DNA of 63,474 bases, counting the filler, from Nitrospinota bacterium (lineage in GTDB: Bacteria > JADFOP01), in assembly GCA_022562795.1 (NCBI GenBank). It is 4 parts of 4 records of this genome, joined end to end, with 100 filler letters (N's around TTAATTAATTAA, not from the genome) between each part and the next. Parts side by side here need not be neighbours in the genome. Positions count along the whole stretch, not along the records: positions 26,284 to 52,053 come from JADFOP010000033.1; 3 more parts are not named here. The stretch is one strand, 5' to 3'. The notes below the pieces were generated by a model. It had not been told where the DNA came from. It saw only the letters and a program-made list of their open reading frames with translations, and did no database searches. The position numbers and the translations under genes are program-made. Positions 40,636 to 50,465 of the stretch are shown here, piece after piece. Positions within the stretch are counted from its first letter, which is position 1; the number at the start of each line of letters is the position of its first letter.

Positions 40636-42059
40636 CAGCCTTCCTCCTCCTTCTTGACCAAGAGCTCCACGACCCGCTCCATGGCCGAGCCCCGCGAGCC
40701 CTTGACCAGGATCCAGCCCCCCTCAGGCACCAGGTCCCTGAGGGCATCAGCCGCCTCAGCGTGGTCGTCACACCGGACCGCCTGGCTGGCAGGCAAGCCC
40801 GCCGCCTCGGCCGCCCGGGCCGCCTCGGCGGCCACCGGCCCCACGGTGACGAGCACCTCCACCCCGTCCACCACCGCGAGCCGACCCATCTCGGCGTGAG
40901 CCTCCGGGGCGTTCGGACCCAGCTCGCGCATCTCGCCGAAGCAAAATCCACCGGGGGCGGAGCCCTTCATTGTAACGAAGGTCTGCAGCGCCGCCCGTGT
41001 CGAGGCGGGGTTGGCGTTGTATGCGTCGTTGATGACCGTCCAACCCCCGACGGCCATCCGCTCCATCCGCATCTTCGGCAGCTCGACGTTCTCCAGGCCC
41101 CGGGGGATTGCCTCCACCGGAACTTCCAAGGCGAGGGCCGCAGCCGCAGCCGCCAGCGCGTTCATTACATTGTGGGCCCCCGGAGCCCTGAGGGAAACGG
41201 GAGACTTCGCGCCGCCCGCCACGAGGGTAAACCGGACGCCCTCGGCCCCCAGTTCCTCGGGCGCCTCGGCGGTGACCTCGGCCTCAGCTCCGAGACCGAA
41301 CGTCACTATGCGGTCGGGCGCCCGGGCGCTCAAGGCCAGGGTCAGGGGGTCGTCGGCATTAAGCACAGCGATGCCGTCAGGCGGAAGGGCCTCGATTAGC
41401 TCTCCTTTTGCCGCCTGGACACCCTCGACGGTCTTGAGAAATTCGAGGTGGGCCTCACCAACGTTCGTCACGACCCCCACCTTGGGCTCGGCCAGTGCGC
41501 TCAGGGCGGCAATCTCGCCGGGGTGGTTCATCCCGATCTCCGTGCACGCGACCTCGTGGGTCGCATCGAGGTGGGCCAGAGTCAGGGGCAGCCCGATGTG
41601 GTTGTTGAAGCTCGCCTCACTCTTCAAAGTCGTGAACCTGGTCGCCAAGCACGCGGCGGTCATCTCCTTGACGGTCGTTTTGCCGTTGCTGCCGGTGATG
41701 GCCACCAGAGGCACCGGGTGGCGGGACCGATTGAATGCGGCCAGCGCATGGAGGGCCCGAAGGGTATCCTCAACCAAAACGAGGGGCGGCACGTTCCGAC
41801 CGCCGGCCCGCCCATTGTCGTTGCGCAACCCCTCCAGCGAAGAAGCGTCGTCCACCACGGCCCCCGCCGCCCCAGCCGTAAAGGCCTCGTGCAGGAAGGC
41901 ATGGCCGTCATGGTTCTCGCCCCGCAGGGCGAAAAAGAGCTGGCCGGGCTTCAGGGTCCGGGTGTCAATGGAGACCCCAACCGCCTCGCCCTCGGACTCA
42001 CCACCGAGCAGGCTTCCGCCCGTAGCCTGCTCTAGCTCTTTTAGCGTGTAGCGGCTCAT
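40635..42059 (-). CDS. murF: MurF ligase
   Basis: IDTR, DGH, TGSNGKTTVK, NNHIGLP, GMNHPGEI, NDAYNANP, VKGSRG. Confidence 0.96.
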   Translation of the reverse strand: MSRYTLKELEQATGGSLLGGESEGEAVGVSIDTRTLKPGQLFFALRGENHDGHAFLHEAFTAGAAGAVVDDASSLEGLRNDNGRAGGRNVPPLVLVEDTLRALHALAAFNRSRHPVPLVAITGSNGKTTVKEMTAACLATRFTTLKSEASFNNHIGLPLTLAHLDATHEVACTEIGMNHPGEIAALSALAEPKVGVVTNVGEAHLEFLKTVEGVQAAKGELIEALPPDGIAVLNADDPLTLALSARAPDRIVTFGLGAEAEVTAEAPEELGAEGVRFTLVAGGAKSPVSLRAPGAHNVMNALAAAAAALALEVPVEAIPRGLENVELPKMRMERMAVGGWTVINDAYNANPASTRAALQTFVTMKGSAPGGFCFGEMRELGPNAPEAHAEMGRLAVVDGVEVLVTVGPVAAEAARAAEAAGLPASQAVRCDDHAEAADALRDLVPEGGWILVKGSRGSAMERVVELLVKKEEEG

Positions 42060-43564
42060 GGCACCACCCTATGGGACTGTCGGGCCTCCAGGGCCTGGCG
42101 GGCCACCTCCCGGTCGTCAAACGGGAGTCGCTCCGCACCAATAATCTGGTAGGTCTCATGCCCTTTGCCGGCGATGAGGACGAAGTCGCCCTTTCGGGCC
42201 CGCCCCACGGCCTCCGCAATGGCCTCCCGCCGGTCGGGAAGAACGACGGTCCGCTTCCGCGCGCCCGGCACCTCGTCGATCCCGGCGAGAATCTGGCCGA
42301 TGATGGCGTCAGGGTCTTCGGTGCGGGGATTGTCGCTGGTGACAATGACCTCGTCGGCGAAGGTGGCCGCCACGGAACCCATTTTGGGCCTCTTGAGGTG
42401 GTCGCGGTCGCCGCCGCAGCCAAAGACCGCTACAAGGCGGGCCGGCTCGAGAGAGCGGGCCGCTTCCAGGGCGTTTCTAAGCGCGTCGTCGGTGTGGGCG
42501 TAATCGACAACGACGGTGAAGTCCTGACCGGCCTCCACCCGCTCGAATCTCCCGGGAATGGCCCGGCAGGACTCCAGACCCTCCCGGATGGTCGCAGGCT
42601 CTATGCCCGCCTGCAGCCCCACGCAGACGGCCGCCAGCATATTATATACGTTGTGACGGCCGATAAGTGGGCTTTCGACCCGGAGCGTCCCCGCCGGTGT
42701 GGCGGCGGTGAATCGGATCCCCTTGACAGACATCTCGATGCCAGAGGCCGAGACGTCGGCCTTCCCCTCCAAGCCGTAGGTCATCAGATCCCGGCGATCA
42801 GGGTGGAGGAGCCTGGCGATCCAAGGGTCATCGGCGTTGAGAATGGCCGTGCGAAAGGCGTATTCGTTAAAGAGCTTCGCTTTGGCCAGGAAATAATCCT
42901 CCAGGGAGAGGTGAAAGTCGAGGTGATCCTGGCTGAATGAGGTGAACACACAGGACTCGAAGACGCACCCGACCGTACGCTGAAGAACGAGGGCATGGGA
43001 GCTAACCTCTAATACACAATAAGTCAAATTTTCCTCCACCATGCGGGCCAGCGCCCCCTGGAGGACGGGGGCCTCGGGGGTGGTGTGTAGGGCCGACGCC
43101 TCTTCGTCTCCGAAGCGATAGAAGAGGGTGCCCAACAAGCCCGTTCGCACACCCGCCGCGCGCAGGACGCTGTCGATGAGCAGCGAGGTCGTCGTCTTGC
43201 CGTTTGTTCCGGTCACCCCGATGAGGGCGAGCCGGCGGGATGGTTCGCCGTAGAAGTTCGTGGCCACCAGGGCCAGAGCGCGTCGCGTGTCGGGCACCAC
43301 CACCAGCGTGGCCTCCTCGCCGTCGTGAGGATGCAAGGCCCCGGCGGGGACCTCTCCTTCGGCGACGATGAGCGCGGCTCCTTTTTGGACCGCCTCCGGA
43401 ATGAAGCTGTGCCCATCGGCCGTTGTTCCTCGTACGGCGATAAAGCACGCCCCGGGGCCCACATCGTCGCTATGAAAGACTACGGTCGAGACCTCACGGT
43501 CAAGACGCCCTTGAACGGCAAGGACCTCCACGCCTGTGAGCAGGGAGGTGATATCCACCCGCAT
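42056..43564 (-). CDS. murE: MurE ligase (meso-DAP type)
   Basis: GTNGKTT, EVSSH, DHLDFH, VDYAHT, FGCGGDRD, DNPR (DAP specificity), AGKGHE. Confidence 0.96.
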   Translation of the reverse strand: MRVDITSLLTGVEVLAVQGRLDREVSTVVFHSDDVGPGACFIAVRGTTADGHSFIPEAVQKGAALIVAEGEVPAGALHPHDGEEATLVVVPDTRRALALVATNFYGEPSRRLALIGVTGTNGKTTTSLLIDSVLRAAGVRTGLLGTLFYRFGDEEASALHTTPEAPVLQGALARMVEENLTYCVLEVSSHALVLQRTVGCVFESCVFTSFSQDHLDFHLSLEDYFLAKAKLFNEYAFRTAILNADDPWIARLLHPDRRDLMTYGLEGKADVSASGIEMSVKGIRFTAATPAGTLRVESPLIGRHNVYNMLAAVCVGLQAGIEPATIREGLESCRAIPGRFERVEAGQDFTVVVDYAHTDDALRNALEAARSLEPARLVAVFGCGGDRDHLKRPKMGSVAATFADEVIVTSDNPRTEDPDAIIGQILAGIDEVPGARKRTVVLPDRREAIAEAVGRARKGDFVLIAGKGHETYQIIGAERLPFDDREVARQALEARQSHRVVP

Positions 43565-43633
43565 TGCCCCCCGGCATCTGCGGCCCGCCCTTACGGAGGC
43601 GGCGCCCCTGATGCCGTAACAGCCTCCACATTC

Positions 43634-45454
43634 TCACCGGCCGGGCTTTTTCGTCCCCTCTGCGGCCAATGCCCGGCTCACCCACTGAAGCCCCTCTTTC
43701 TTAGATAAGGAGGGGCGGACGGCTGACGGCGACGCGTCGTCTAGAAGGATGGGATCGTACGCCGCAATCAGCCGCCCGCGGGTGGTGGGAATGTTGAGGT
43801 AGCGCAAGATCTGGCGTGCCGCTCGGGCGAAGACAGGAGCTGCTACTGTGCCCCCGTATGCCGTTCCGCGCGGCTCATCCACCAGAACTAGCATGGCAAA
43901 GGCAGGAGCCTTCGCCGGGACGAAGCCTATGAAACTTGCCACGTATCGGTCGCGGGCGTACCTGCCCGCCTCGATATCAAACTTTTGTGCCGTGCCGGTC
44001 TTACCAGCCACTCTGTAGCCCTCAACGGCGGCCGCCTGCCCGGTACCTTGCTCCACCACGCGCTCGAAGAGCTTCGTTAAGCGTCGTGCGGTCGACGGGG
44101 CAACCACCTGGCGAACGACCTGAGGCTGGGCCCGCCAGCGGACCCGGCCGTCCTTGAGGAGGCTCTCAACAATGTATGGGCGCACGAGCTTGCCGCCGTT
44201 GGCCACGGCAGCGTACGCCATGAGCATCTGGAGGGGTGTCGTGGCCACCTCTTGGCCGATGGCGAGGGACGCAATCGAAATGCCAGACCACTCCTTGATT
44301 GGTCTCAGAAGGCCGGGCTGTTCCCCGGGCAGGCCGATACCCGTTTTCCGTCCTATGCCAAAGGCGCGAGCGGTGCGGTAGAAGCGCTCGGCGCCCACCT
44401 TCTGGGCCGCTTTGATGGCCCCCACGTTGGAGGACCGTGCGATGACGTCGCTGAATGTCAGCCAGCCAAATTTGCGGTGGTCTCGGATCGTCACCCCATT
44501 TACATTGATCGCGCCCTCTTCGCCGTAAAGGAGGTCGTTCTCCTTCACCATCCCGCTCTCGAGGGCCGCAGCCGCTACCAGCAATTTAAACGTGCTCCCT
44601 GGCTCATACGAATCTGTAATGGCCCGATTGCGCCACTGTTCAGGGTGGAAGCTGGAGAAGCTGTTGGGGTTAAAGGATGGGACCCCTGCCATAGCAAGGA
44701 TCGCGCCGGTTGACGGTTCCACCACCACGGCGAGCCCCCCTCGGGCCCCCGAGGCGGCGACCTGGGCGCTCAACTCCTTCTCAACCACGTATTGGATGAC
44801 CTCATCGATGGTCAGGCGGACGTCGAAGCCCGCCGACGACGGTTTGCCGACGGTCTTGCTGAGAGTCAGACCCCGGCCTTTGGCGTCCTTCTCGACGAGG
44901 ACCCAGCCGCTCTCGCCGTTTAGGTGCTCGTTGTAGGCAAGCTCAACCCCTTCGAGGCCCTGATTGTCGATCCCTACGAAACCGAGCAAATGGCCCGAGA
45001 GCTGGCGGCGGGGATAGAACCGCTTGGACTCGCGGAGGAGATGCACCCCCGGCAATTTCAATCGCCGGACGCTCTCGACCGTCGGCGGGTCCACCTGGCG
45101 GCGTAGCCAAACGAAGGAGCGATCTTTTGCCAGGCGCCGTCGCAACTCGGCGACCTTGAGCTTGAGCACGGGAGCAAGAGCGCGGGCCGTCCCATGGAGA
45201 TCGACCACATCCTCTGGATGGGCATAGACGCTGGAGGCCTCTAGACTTACTGCCAGCGCCTTGCCCCTGCGGTCGAGAAGGTCGCCCCGCTCAGGCTTCA
45301 AAGAGACAACCCGCTGGCGCTGACGGACGGCAATGGCCTCCAAGCGAGCGCCATTGAGAAGCTGAAGGTAGGCGAGCTTCGCCACTACCGCCCCGTAGCC
45401 TACGGCCAAAAGACCTATCACGACCACTAGACGAAACCGGTAGCGGGAATTCAC
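43634..45454 (-). CDS. ftsI: Penicillin-binding protein FtsI (PBP3)
   Basis: RG..LDR.G, EPGSTFK, SSNVG, AGKTGTAQK. Confidence 0.95.
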   Translation of the reverse strand: MNSRYRFRLVVVIGLLAVGYGAVVAKLAYLQLLNGARLEAIAVRQRQRVVSLKPERGDLLDRRGKALAVSLEASSVYAHPEDVVDLHGTARALAPVLKLKVAELRRRLAKDRSFVWLRRQVDPPTVESVRRLKLPGVHLLRESKRFYPRRQLSGHLLGFVGIDNQGLEGVELAYNEHLNGESGWVLVEKDAKGRGLTLSKTVGKPSSAGFDVRLTIDEVIQYVVEKELSAQVAASGARGGLAVVVEPSTGAILAMAGVPSFNPNSFSSFHPEQWRNRAITDSYEPGSTFKLLVAAAALESGMVKENDLLYGEEGAINVNGVTIRDHRKFGWLTFSDVIARSSNVGAIKAAQKVGAERFYRTARAFGIGRKTGIGLPGEQPGLLRPIKEWSGISIASLAIGQEVATTPLQMLMAYAAVANGGKLVRPYIVESLLKDGRVRWRAQPQVVRQVVAPSTARRLTKLFERVVEQGTGQAAAVEGYRVAGKTGTAQKFDIEAGRYARDRYVASFIGFVPAKAPAFAMLVLVDEPRGTAYGGTVAAPVFARAARQILRYLNIPTTRGRLIAAYDPILLDDASPSAVRPSLSKKEGLQWVSRALAAEGTKKPGR

Positions 45455-45458
45455 CGCC

Positions 45459-45785
45459 TCATCCTCCTTTAGGGTGATGGTGCACGGTCCGCACCTGATC
45501 CGGCATGGGAAAGACCATTCCTAGCTGGGTCGTTGCAATCCGCTCGATCCGTGGAAGGGAGGCGAGGCTTGCCGCCTCCAAGGAGATCATCCGGTGGAGG
45601 CGTTCGACCTTGGCCCGCCGGGATTCCAACTCCTCCAAGCGATAGCCCAGCTCCACGATCCGATGCTGCGGCCAGAGGTAGCCCATGACCCCGAGGGCCA
45701 GGAGCACCAATGCCGACGCATACCAGGCGCCGGCAACCAAGCCCGTCCCGAAGCTGCGATGTCTCTTTGTTCCGGATCGGGTCAT
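45459..45785 (-). CDS. ftsL: Cell division protein FtsL
   Basis: Single TM segment plus coiled coil, LPRIERIATTQLGMVFP; directly upstream of ftsI. Confidence 0.8.
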   Translation of the reverse strand: MTRSGTKRHRSFGTGLVAGAWYASALVLLALGVMGYLWPQHRIVELGYRLEELESRRAKVERLHRMISLEAASLASLPRIERIATTQLGMVFPMPDQVRTVHHHPKGG

Positions 45786-45801
45786 AGTCAGCCCTCCTCG
45801 T

Positions 45802-46488
45802 TCAGCGCCTTACGATGATATCGTCGTAGTATGCGGTGGCCTGCGCCCCCGTATGGTCGGTGTCGGTCATGATGGCGATAGCCACCACCTGGGGGGGCTC
45901 GTCGCCAAAGAGCTTGCGATAGTCCTCGGCCAGATTGCGTCGCTCTCGAATCCACCTGCGGACCAGCGTCCGCCCGCTCTCCACCGCAACGATCCGTACG
46001 TTCTCCTCGCTCGGGTGGCGGGCCATTGCCCCTTTCTCCAAGGCATTAGCCCAGACGTAGTTGATGACATGCATCTGCCAGGGCAAAAAGCCCTTGGCGA
46101 AGATTACGCAAACTCCGGCCGCATGGTCGTTGACCTCAATATTTGATTGACGGCCGTCATCGATGATGTCCTCGATCTTCCACCGCCACTCCAGGTGAGA
46201 GAGGCGGCCAGGGTCGAACCGAACGAGCTTTCCTAAGGCGGATGCGCTGGCCCGGCTGTGGGCCATAACAAATTTGTTCTGCCCTTCGCTCACCACTCGA
46301 TAGATCGTCCGCCCGTTGTATTGCCGCTCTATCCACCCTTTGAGCTCTCCCCGCTCAAACGTATCGACCACGATTCGCGAGACGTTCGGCACGCCAACGG
46401 GTGGCGCCGCAAGCGTGGCCACCGCCACGACCAGGGTAACCACGACGGCCCTTCTCCACCGCCCCCAGACCCGCCGCGCTTCTTTCAT
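45802..46488 (-). CDS. DUF3047 family exported protein inside the dcw cluster
   Basis: SRASASAL, LEWRWKI, DHAA, INYVWAN, W..ERRNL..DY..LFG, AIMTDTD.TG..A.AYYDDI. Confidence 0.85.
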   Translation of the reverse strand: MKEARRVWGRWRRAVVVTLVVAVATLAAPPVGVPNVSRIVVDTFERGELKGWIERQYNGRTIYRVVSEGQNKFVMAHSRASASALGKLVRFDPGRLSHLEWRWKIEDIIDDGRQSNIEVNDHAAGVCVIFAKGFLPWQMHVINYVWANALEKGAMARHPSEENVRIVAVESGRTLVRRWIRERRNLAEDYRKLFGDEPPQVVAIAIMTDTDHTGAQATAYYDDIIVRR

Positions 46489-46502
46489 GCCGCTCGCCTC
46501 CC

Positions 46503-47441
46503 CTATGCTGCAAGTTTCTCGCAGGCTCGAAGCCGGGCGCTCCGGGACCTGGGGTTCGCCTCCACCTCGGCATCCGACGGACGTCGGGGCTTCTTGGTCA
46601 GCCGCACAACCTTCGGGGCGCGCCCGCACCGGCAGACCGGAACAACCGGCGGGCAGATACATCCCCGCTCCATGTCTCGTAAGGTTCCCTTGACGATGCG
46701 GTCTTCCAGCGAATGGAAGGAGATGACCACGAGGCGGCCTTCAGCAACGAGGCGGTCGGCGGCGGCCTCAAGGGCTTCTCCCAGGTCGCTAAGTTCGTCG
46801 TTGACCGCGCACCGCAAAGCTTGAAAGACGCGGGTGGCGGGGTGAATGCCCCCCGCCCCCACGTCTTTCGTCGAAACGATGAGATCCGATAGCTCCCTCG
46901 TTCGCTCCAAGGGTTGTACCGTTCGCGCCTGCCCTATGGCCCGGGCGATCCGGGAAGCATCTCGTCCCTCACCGTGCTCGCGGAATAGGGCCGCCAGATC
47001 CTTGACGGCCCACGTGTTGACGATTTCCCGCGCCGCGAGCGTTATCGCGGGATCGTACCTCATGTCCAGTGGTGCATCGGCGGCGAAGCTGAACCCTCGC
47101 TCGGCCGTCTCGAGGTGGTAGCTCGAGAGCCCGAGGTCGAGCAGAACCCCGTCGACCTCAACCCAGCCCACCTCGGTGAGGTGAGGCGTCAGATTGCGGT
47201 AGTCACCGTGGACGAGCATTATGCGCTCTCCGAAGGGGGCGAGCCGACGGGCGGCCCGCGCCACCATGATAGGGTCTCGATCTATCCCCAGCACCCGTCC
47301 GTCGGGCGCTGTGGCCTCCAACAAGGCCTGAGCGTGGCCACCATCCCCGACGGTGCCATCGACGTAGCGTCCGCCGCGTCGGGGGGCCAGGAAGTCCAGC
47401 ACCGTCTCAACCATGACGGGACGGTGCCAGGGCTCCGTCAC
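46503..47441 (-). CDS. rsmH: 16S rRNA m4C1402 methyltransferase RsmH
   Basis: DGTVGDGGH, DLGLSS, RGFSF, PLDMR, HPATRVFQALR, SFHSLEDRIVK, NPRSRSA. Confidence 0.97.
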   Translation of the reverse strand: MTEPWHRPVMVETVLDFLAPRRGGRYVDGTVGDGGHAQALLEATAPDGRVLGIDRDPIMVARAARRLAPFGERIMLVHGDYRNLTPHLTEVGWVEVDGVLLDLGLSSYHLETAERGFSFAADAPLDMRYDPAITLAAREIVNTWAVKDLAALFREHGEGRDASRIARAIGQARTVQPLERTRELSDLIVSTKDVGAGGIHPATRVFQALRCAVNDELSDLGEALEAAADRLVAEGRLVVISFHSLEDRIVKGTLRDMERGCICPPVVPVCRCGRAPKVVRLTKKPRRPSDAEVEANPRSRSARLRACEKLAA

Positions 47442-47728
47442 CGCAACTCGACCTCCTCCACCGTCGGGCCGAGGGTGAGACGAGTTATGGTCTCGTAGAG
47501 CTTCGCCGCCTCCCGATGAATGGTATCGAGCCGCTCCATCGCCTCGATCGGAAAGCTCCTGGTGTCGTTCAATAACATCCCGACGTTGACCAGTACCCGC
47601 TCAATGGGCAGCTGCAGCCCCTCGATCGTTCCCGATAAAGTGGTTAGGGCTGGCTCCCCGTCCCTTGGTTCGTACGATTGCGCTCCCAATGACCGTCCCT
47701 CCAGTGCGGCCGTCGCCGTGCCGGCCAA
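47438..47728 (-). CDS. Hypothetical protein between mraZ and rsmH (start uncertain)
   Basis: Fills the intergenic gap; its TGA overlaps the rsmH GTG start (GTGA). Confidence 0.55.
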   Translation of the reverse strand: MAGTATAALEGRSLGAQSYEPRDGEPALTTLSGTIEGLQLPIERVLVNVGMLLNDTRSFPIEAMERLDTIHREAAKLYETITRLTLGPTVEEVELR

Positions 47729-47734
47729 TCCCCC

Positions 47735-48178
47735 TTATAGGCCGATTTCAGATAAAACATCGGAAATTTCATCCATACGGTCTTGGGTGGCGGCCTCCAC
47801 CGCCTCCCACCGCTCATGGCTCCAAATCTCAATTTTGCTCATGATGCCCACCACCACGACCTCCCCTCTGTCGAGACCGGCGTACGAACGATGTTCAGCC
47901 GGGACGAGAATGCGGCCCTGGCGGTCGAGCGTGCATTCGGTGGCCGAGGAGTATATGTGGCGCGTGAAGTCCTTCAGCTCCCGCTTCATCTGGGGAAGCT
48001 CGCGAATGCGTTCCGCGATGGCCAACCACTCTTCTACGGGGTAGGCCGCGAGACAGCTATCCAAGGTGGTGAGAATCAACGATGCCTGGTAGCTCGTTGC
48101 GAGGACTTCACGAAACTTAGCCGGCACGCTAAGTCGACCCTTGGCGTCGAGAGTCAAACTGTATTTGCCAATAAACAC
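47735..48178 (-). CDS. mraZ: Transcriptional regulator MraZ
   Basis: FIGKY..TLDAKGRLSVP, LDRQGRILVP, IEIW; GTG start after GGGAG. Confidence 0.95.
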   Translation of the reverse strand: MFIGKYSLTLDAKGRLSVPAKFREVLATSYQASLILTTLDSCLAAYPVEEWLAIAERIRELPQMKRELKDFTRHIYSSATECTLDRQGRILVPAEHRSYAGLDRGEVVVVGIMSKIEIWSHERWEAVEAATQDRMDEISDVLSEIGL

Positions 48179-48260
48179 GGTGTGGCTCCCCGTGTGGCTC
48201 CCGGTGTAGTTCCCAGTGTGGTTCCCATTGTGGTTCCCACTGTTCCCCACTTTCCCCCAC
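48179..48260 (-). repeat. MraZ-box-like repeats (3 x GTGGG at 10-nt period) followed by five 12-nt tandem units
   Basis: GTGGGGGAAA-GTGGGGAACA-GTGGGA, then GGGAACCACAAT, GGGAACCACACT, GGGAACTACACC, GGGAGCCACACG, GGGAGCCACACC. Confidence 0.8.
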
Positions 48261-48270
48261 TTAATGGGCA

Positions 48271-48299
48271 ACTATAGACAACCCGGTAAATCCTGTCAA
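48271..48299 (-). promoter_or_regulatory. dcw operon promoter (Pmra)
   Basis: TTGACA-17 nt-TATAGT on the minus strand. Confidence 0.8.
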
Positions 48300-48550
48300 G
48301 GAAAAAAAGCTTAAGGGACGTAATTAGAGGAGTTTGGAGGGCGACGGCTGAGAGTATTTCAAACGGCACTATACATAATGATGAGGTTCTACTTTAACAA
48401 TTCCACAACATCTTGTGGAAAATGAAGAAAATAGGGGGAGGGCAATTTTTCCGCGATTTTCCGGATAAAAATTTTCCGCAAGGTGGGGCAAAGTGGGGAG
48501 AAAACGACTCCGGGGCGGCATCCCATTGGGAGACCGCCCCGGTAGACGTC

Positions 48551-48955
<405 letters not shown>

Positions 48956-48974
<19 letters not shown>

Positions 48975-49540
48975 TCCTCTATGGCGTGGTTGGCGAGCTC
49001 GTCCGCCCTGACGTTGCCCCCGCGCCCCACATGCTCGATCGACCAGCGCTCCAGCGCCCGGCACAGGGAGAGGGCCTTGTCGTAAAGCTCCTTGAGCCCC
49101 GGGTTCCTGACCCGGTAGACGCCCGTCAGCTGGCGGACCATAAGCTCGGAGTCGGCGAAAACCTTCAGGTCGAGCCACCCGCGGCGAACCGCCTCTTCGA
49201 CCGCGGTGATGAAAGCCTCATACTCGGCCACGTTGTTGGTGGCCTCGCCGAGGGGGCGGGAGAGCTCGGCCAGGGTGGCGCCCTCGGCATCCTTGAAGAC
49301 GACCCCGCAGCCCGCCTCGCCAGGGTTGCCCCGGCTCGCCCCGTCTACGAAAGCGACTACGCCGCCGGCGGCGCCCGCCGCTCCATCCACCGGGTATGAG
49401 CGGGCCGCCTCGCTTAAAAGCGCCCTGATATCCTCGGCCGTCCAATCGGAGTGCTCATCAAGGACCCTCTCCACCGATAGCTCGAGGGCCAACGTCTCCA
49501 GGACCGCCCGTTTCCCCGCGGCTTTGCCTTGGCGAGTCAC
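48956..49540 (-). CDS. rnhA: Ribonuclease HI family protein
   Basis: VDGASRGNPG, TNNVAEY, DSELMVRQ..G.Y.V, N..AD.LAN. Confidence 0.9.
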
Positions 49541-50268
49541 TCCTCGATCCCTTCATCGGAGTGGAAGAGAATCCGGCTGCAGCCCTGGCAGTAGTAAAGG
49601 ACCTCGTTCTTCTTGATGTCGATGTAGGTCTGGCGCGGAATGCGCTGGTTGCACCCCTGACAGACCCCCCCGGCCACATTTGCCACCCCCAGGCCTCCCT
49701 TATTGGCCCGAATGCGGTCGTAGCTGTCGAGCAGGCCCCGAGAAATCCGGCCGGTGAGCTCCGAGCGCAGGGCCTCCTCCTCGCCAAGGAGGGCCCCGAC
49801 CCGCTGCAGCTCCGCCTCTTTGAGGCCCTTCTCCTTCCCGAACCCCTCTTCTTCGACCTTCAACCGCTCCTGGAGCGCCTTGAGCTCCACCTGCTGGGCC
49901 TCAACCCGCTCCATGCTCCCTAAGACCTCTTCTTCCAACTGACCGATCTGCTGGTCGGCGTATTCGATCTCTTTGAGCAGGGCCGTGTACTCTACGTTGG
50001 TCTTGACCTCCATCAGGCGGGCCTTGCTCTTTCGCTGCCCCTCGCGCACCTCCTCGATTCGACGCTCCCTGGCGCGGCTCTCCTTCTGGAGCGCCTCCAA
50101 ATCGGCCTCGACCCGCTCGACGGCCGCCCGTGCGGCCTCAAGCCCGGCCCGGCCGGCCTCCAACTCCCTTGGAATAGCGGAGCTGGACTTTCGGAGCTCG
50201 GCGAGCTTCAAATCGACACGTTGCAGCTCGATGATCGTTCGAAGCTCGGCAGTCAAGGAGCCACCCAT
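49537..50268 (-). CDS. Coiled-coil protein with C-terminal C4 zinc ribbon (DUF164/CT398-like)
   Basis: LQRVD, long coiled coil, EY.AL..EI, CQGC...CQGCSRIL; start moved out of the tRNA. Confidence 0.9.
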   Translation of the reverse strand: MGGSLTAELRTIIELQRVDLKLAELRKSSSAIPRELEAGRAGLEAARAAVERVEADLEALQKESRARERRIEEVREGQRKSKARLMEVKTNVEYTALLKEIEYADQQIGQLEEEVLGSMERVEAQQVELKALQERLKVEEEGFGKEKGLKEAELQRVGALLGEEEALRSELTGRISRGLLDSYDRIRANKGGLGVANVAGGVCQGCNQRIPRQTYIDIKKNEVLYYCQGCSRILFHSDEGIEE

Positions 50269-50285
50269 GCCGGTTGAGCCCTCCA

Positions 50286-50360
50286 TGGTGGGCCCGGCAG
50301 GAGTCGAACCTGCAACCAACTGATTATGAGTCAGCTGCTCTACCGTTGAGCTACGGGCCC
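50286..50360 (-). tRNA. tRNA with CAU anticodon, probably tRNA-Ile2 (lysidine type) rather than Met
   Basis: GGGCCCGTAGCTCAACGGTAGAGCAGCTGACT-CAT-AATCAGTTGGTTGCAGGTTCGACTCCTGCCGGGCCCACCA; encoded CCA; no initiator features. Confidence 0.9.
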
Positions 50361-50465
50361 CGCCGAATGACTATAACGATGATGAGGAGCCCAACCCCTT
50401 CGGACCCCGCACCACCTTATTTTACTATGTCGCCGGGAGTTTGTCACGCAAGAGAGATGAGGGGC

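Noticed and set aside
48179-48271. His/Gly-rich N-terminal extension of MraZ in the ORF track
   Set aside because: It is the translated promoter and operator repeat region; the true start is more likely GTG 48178.
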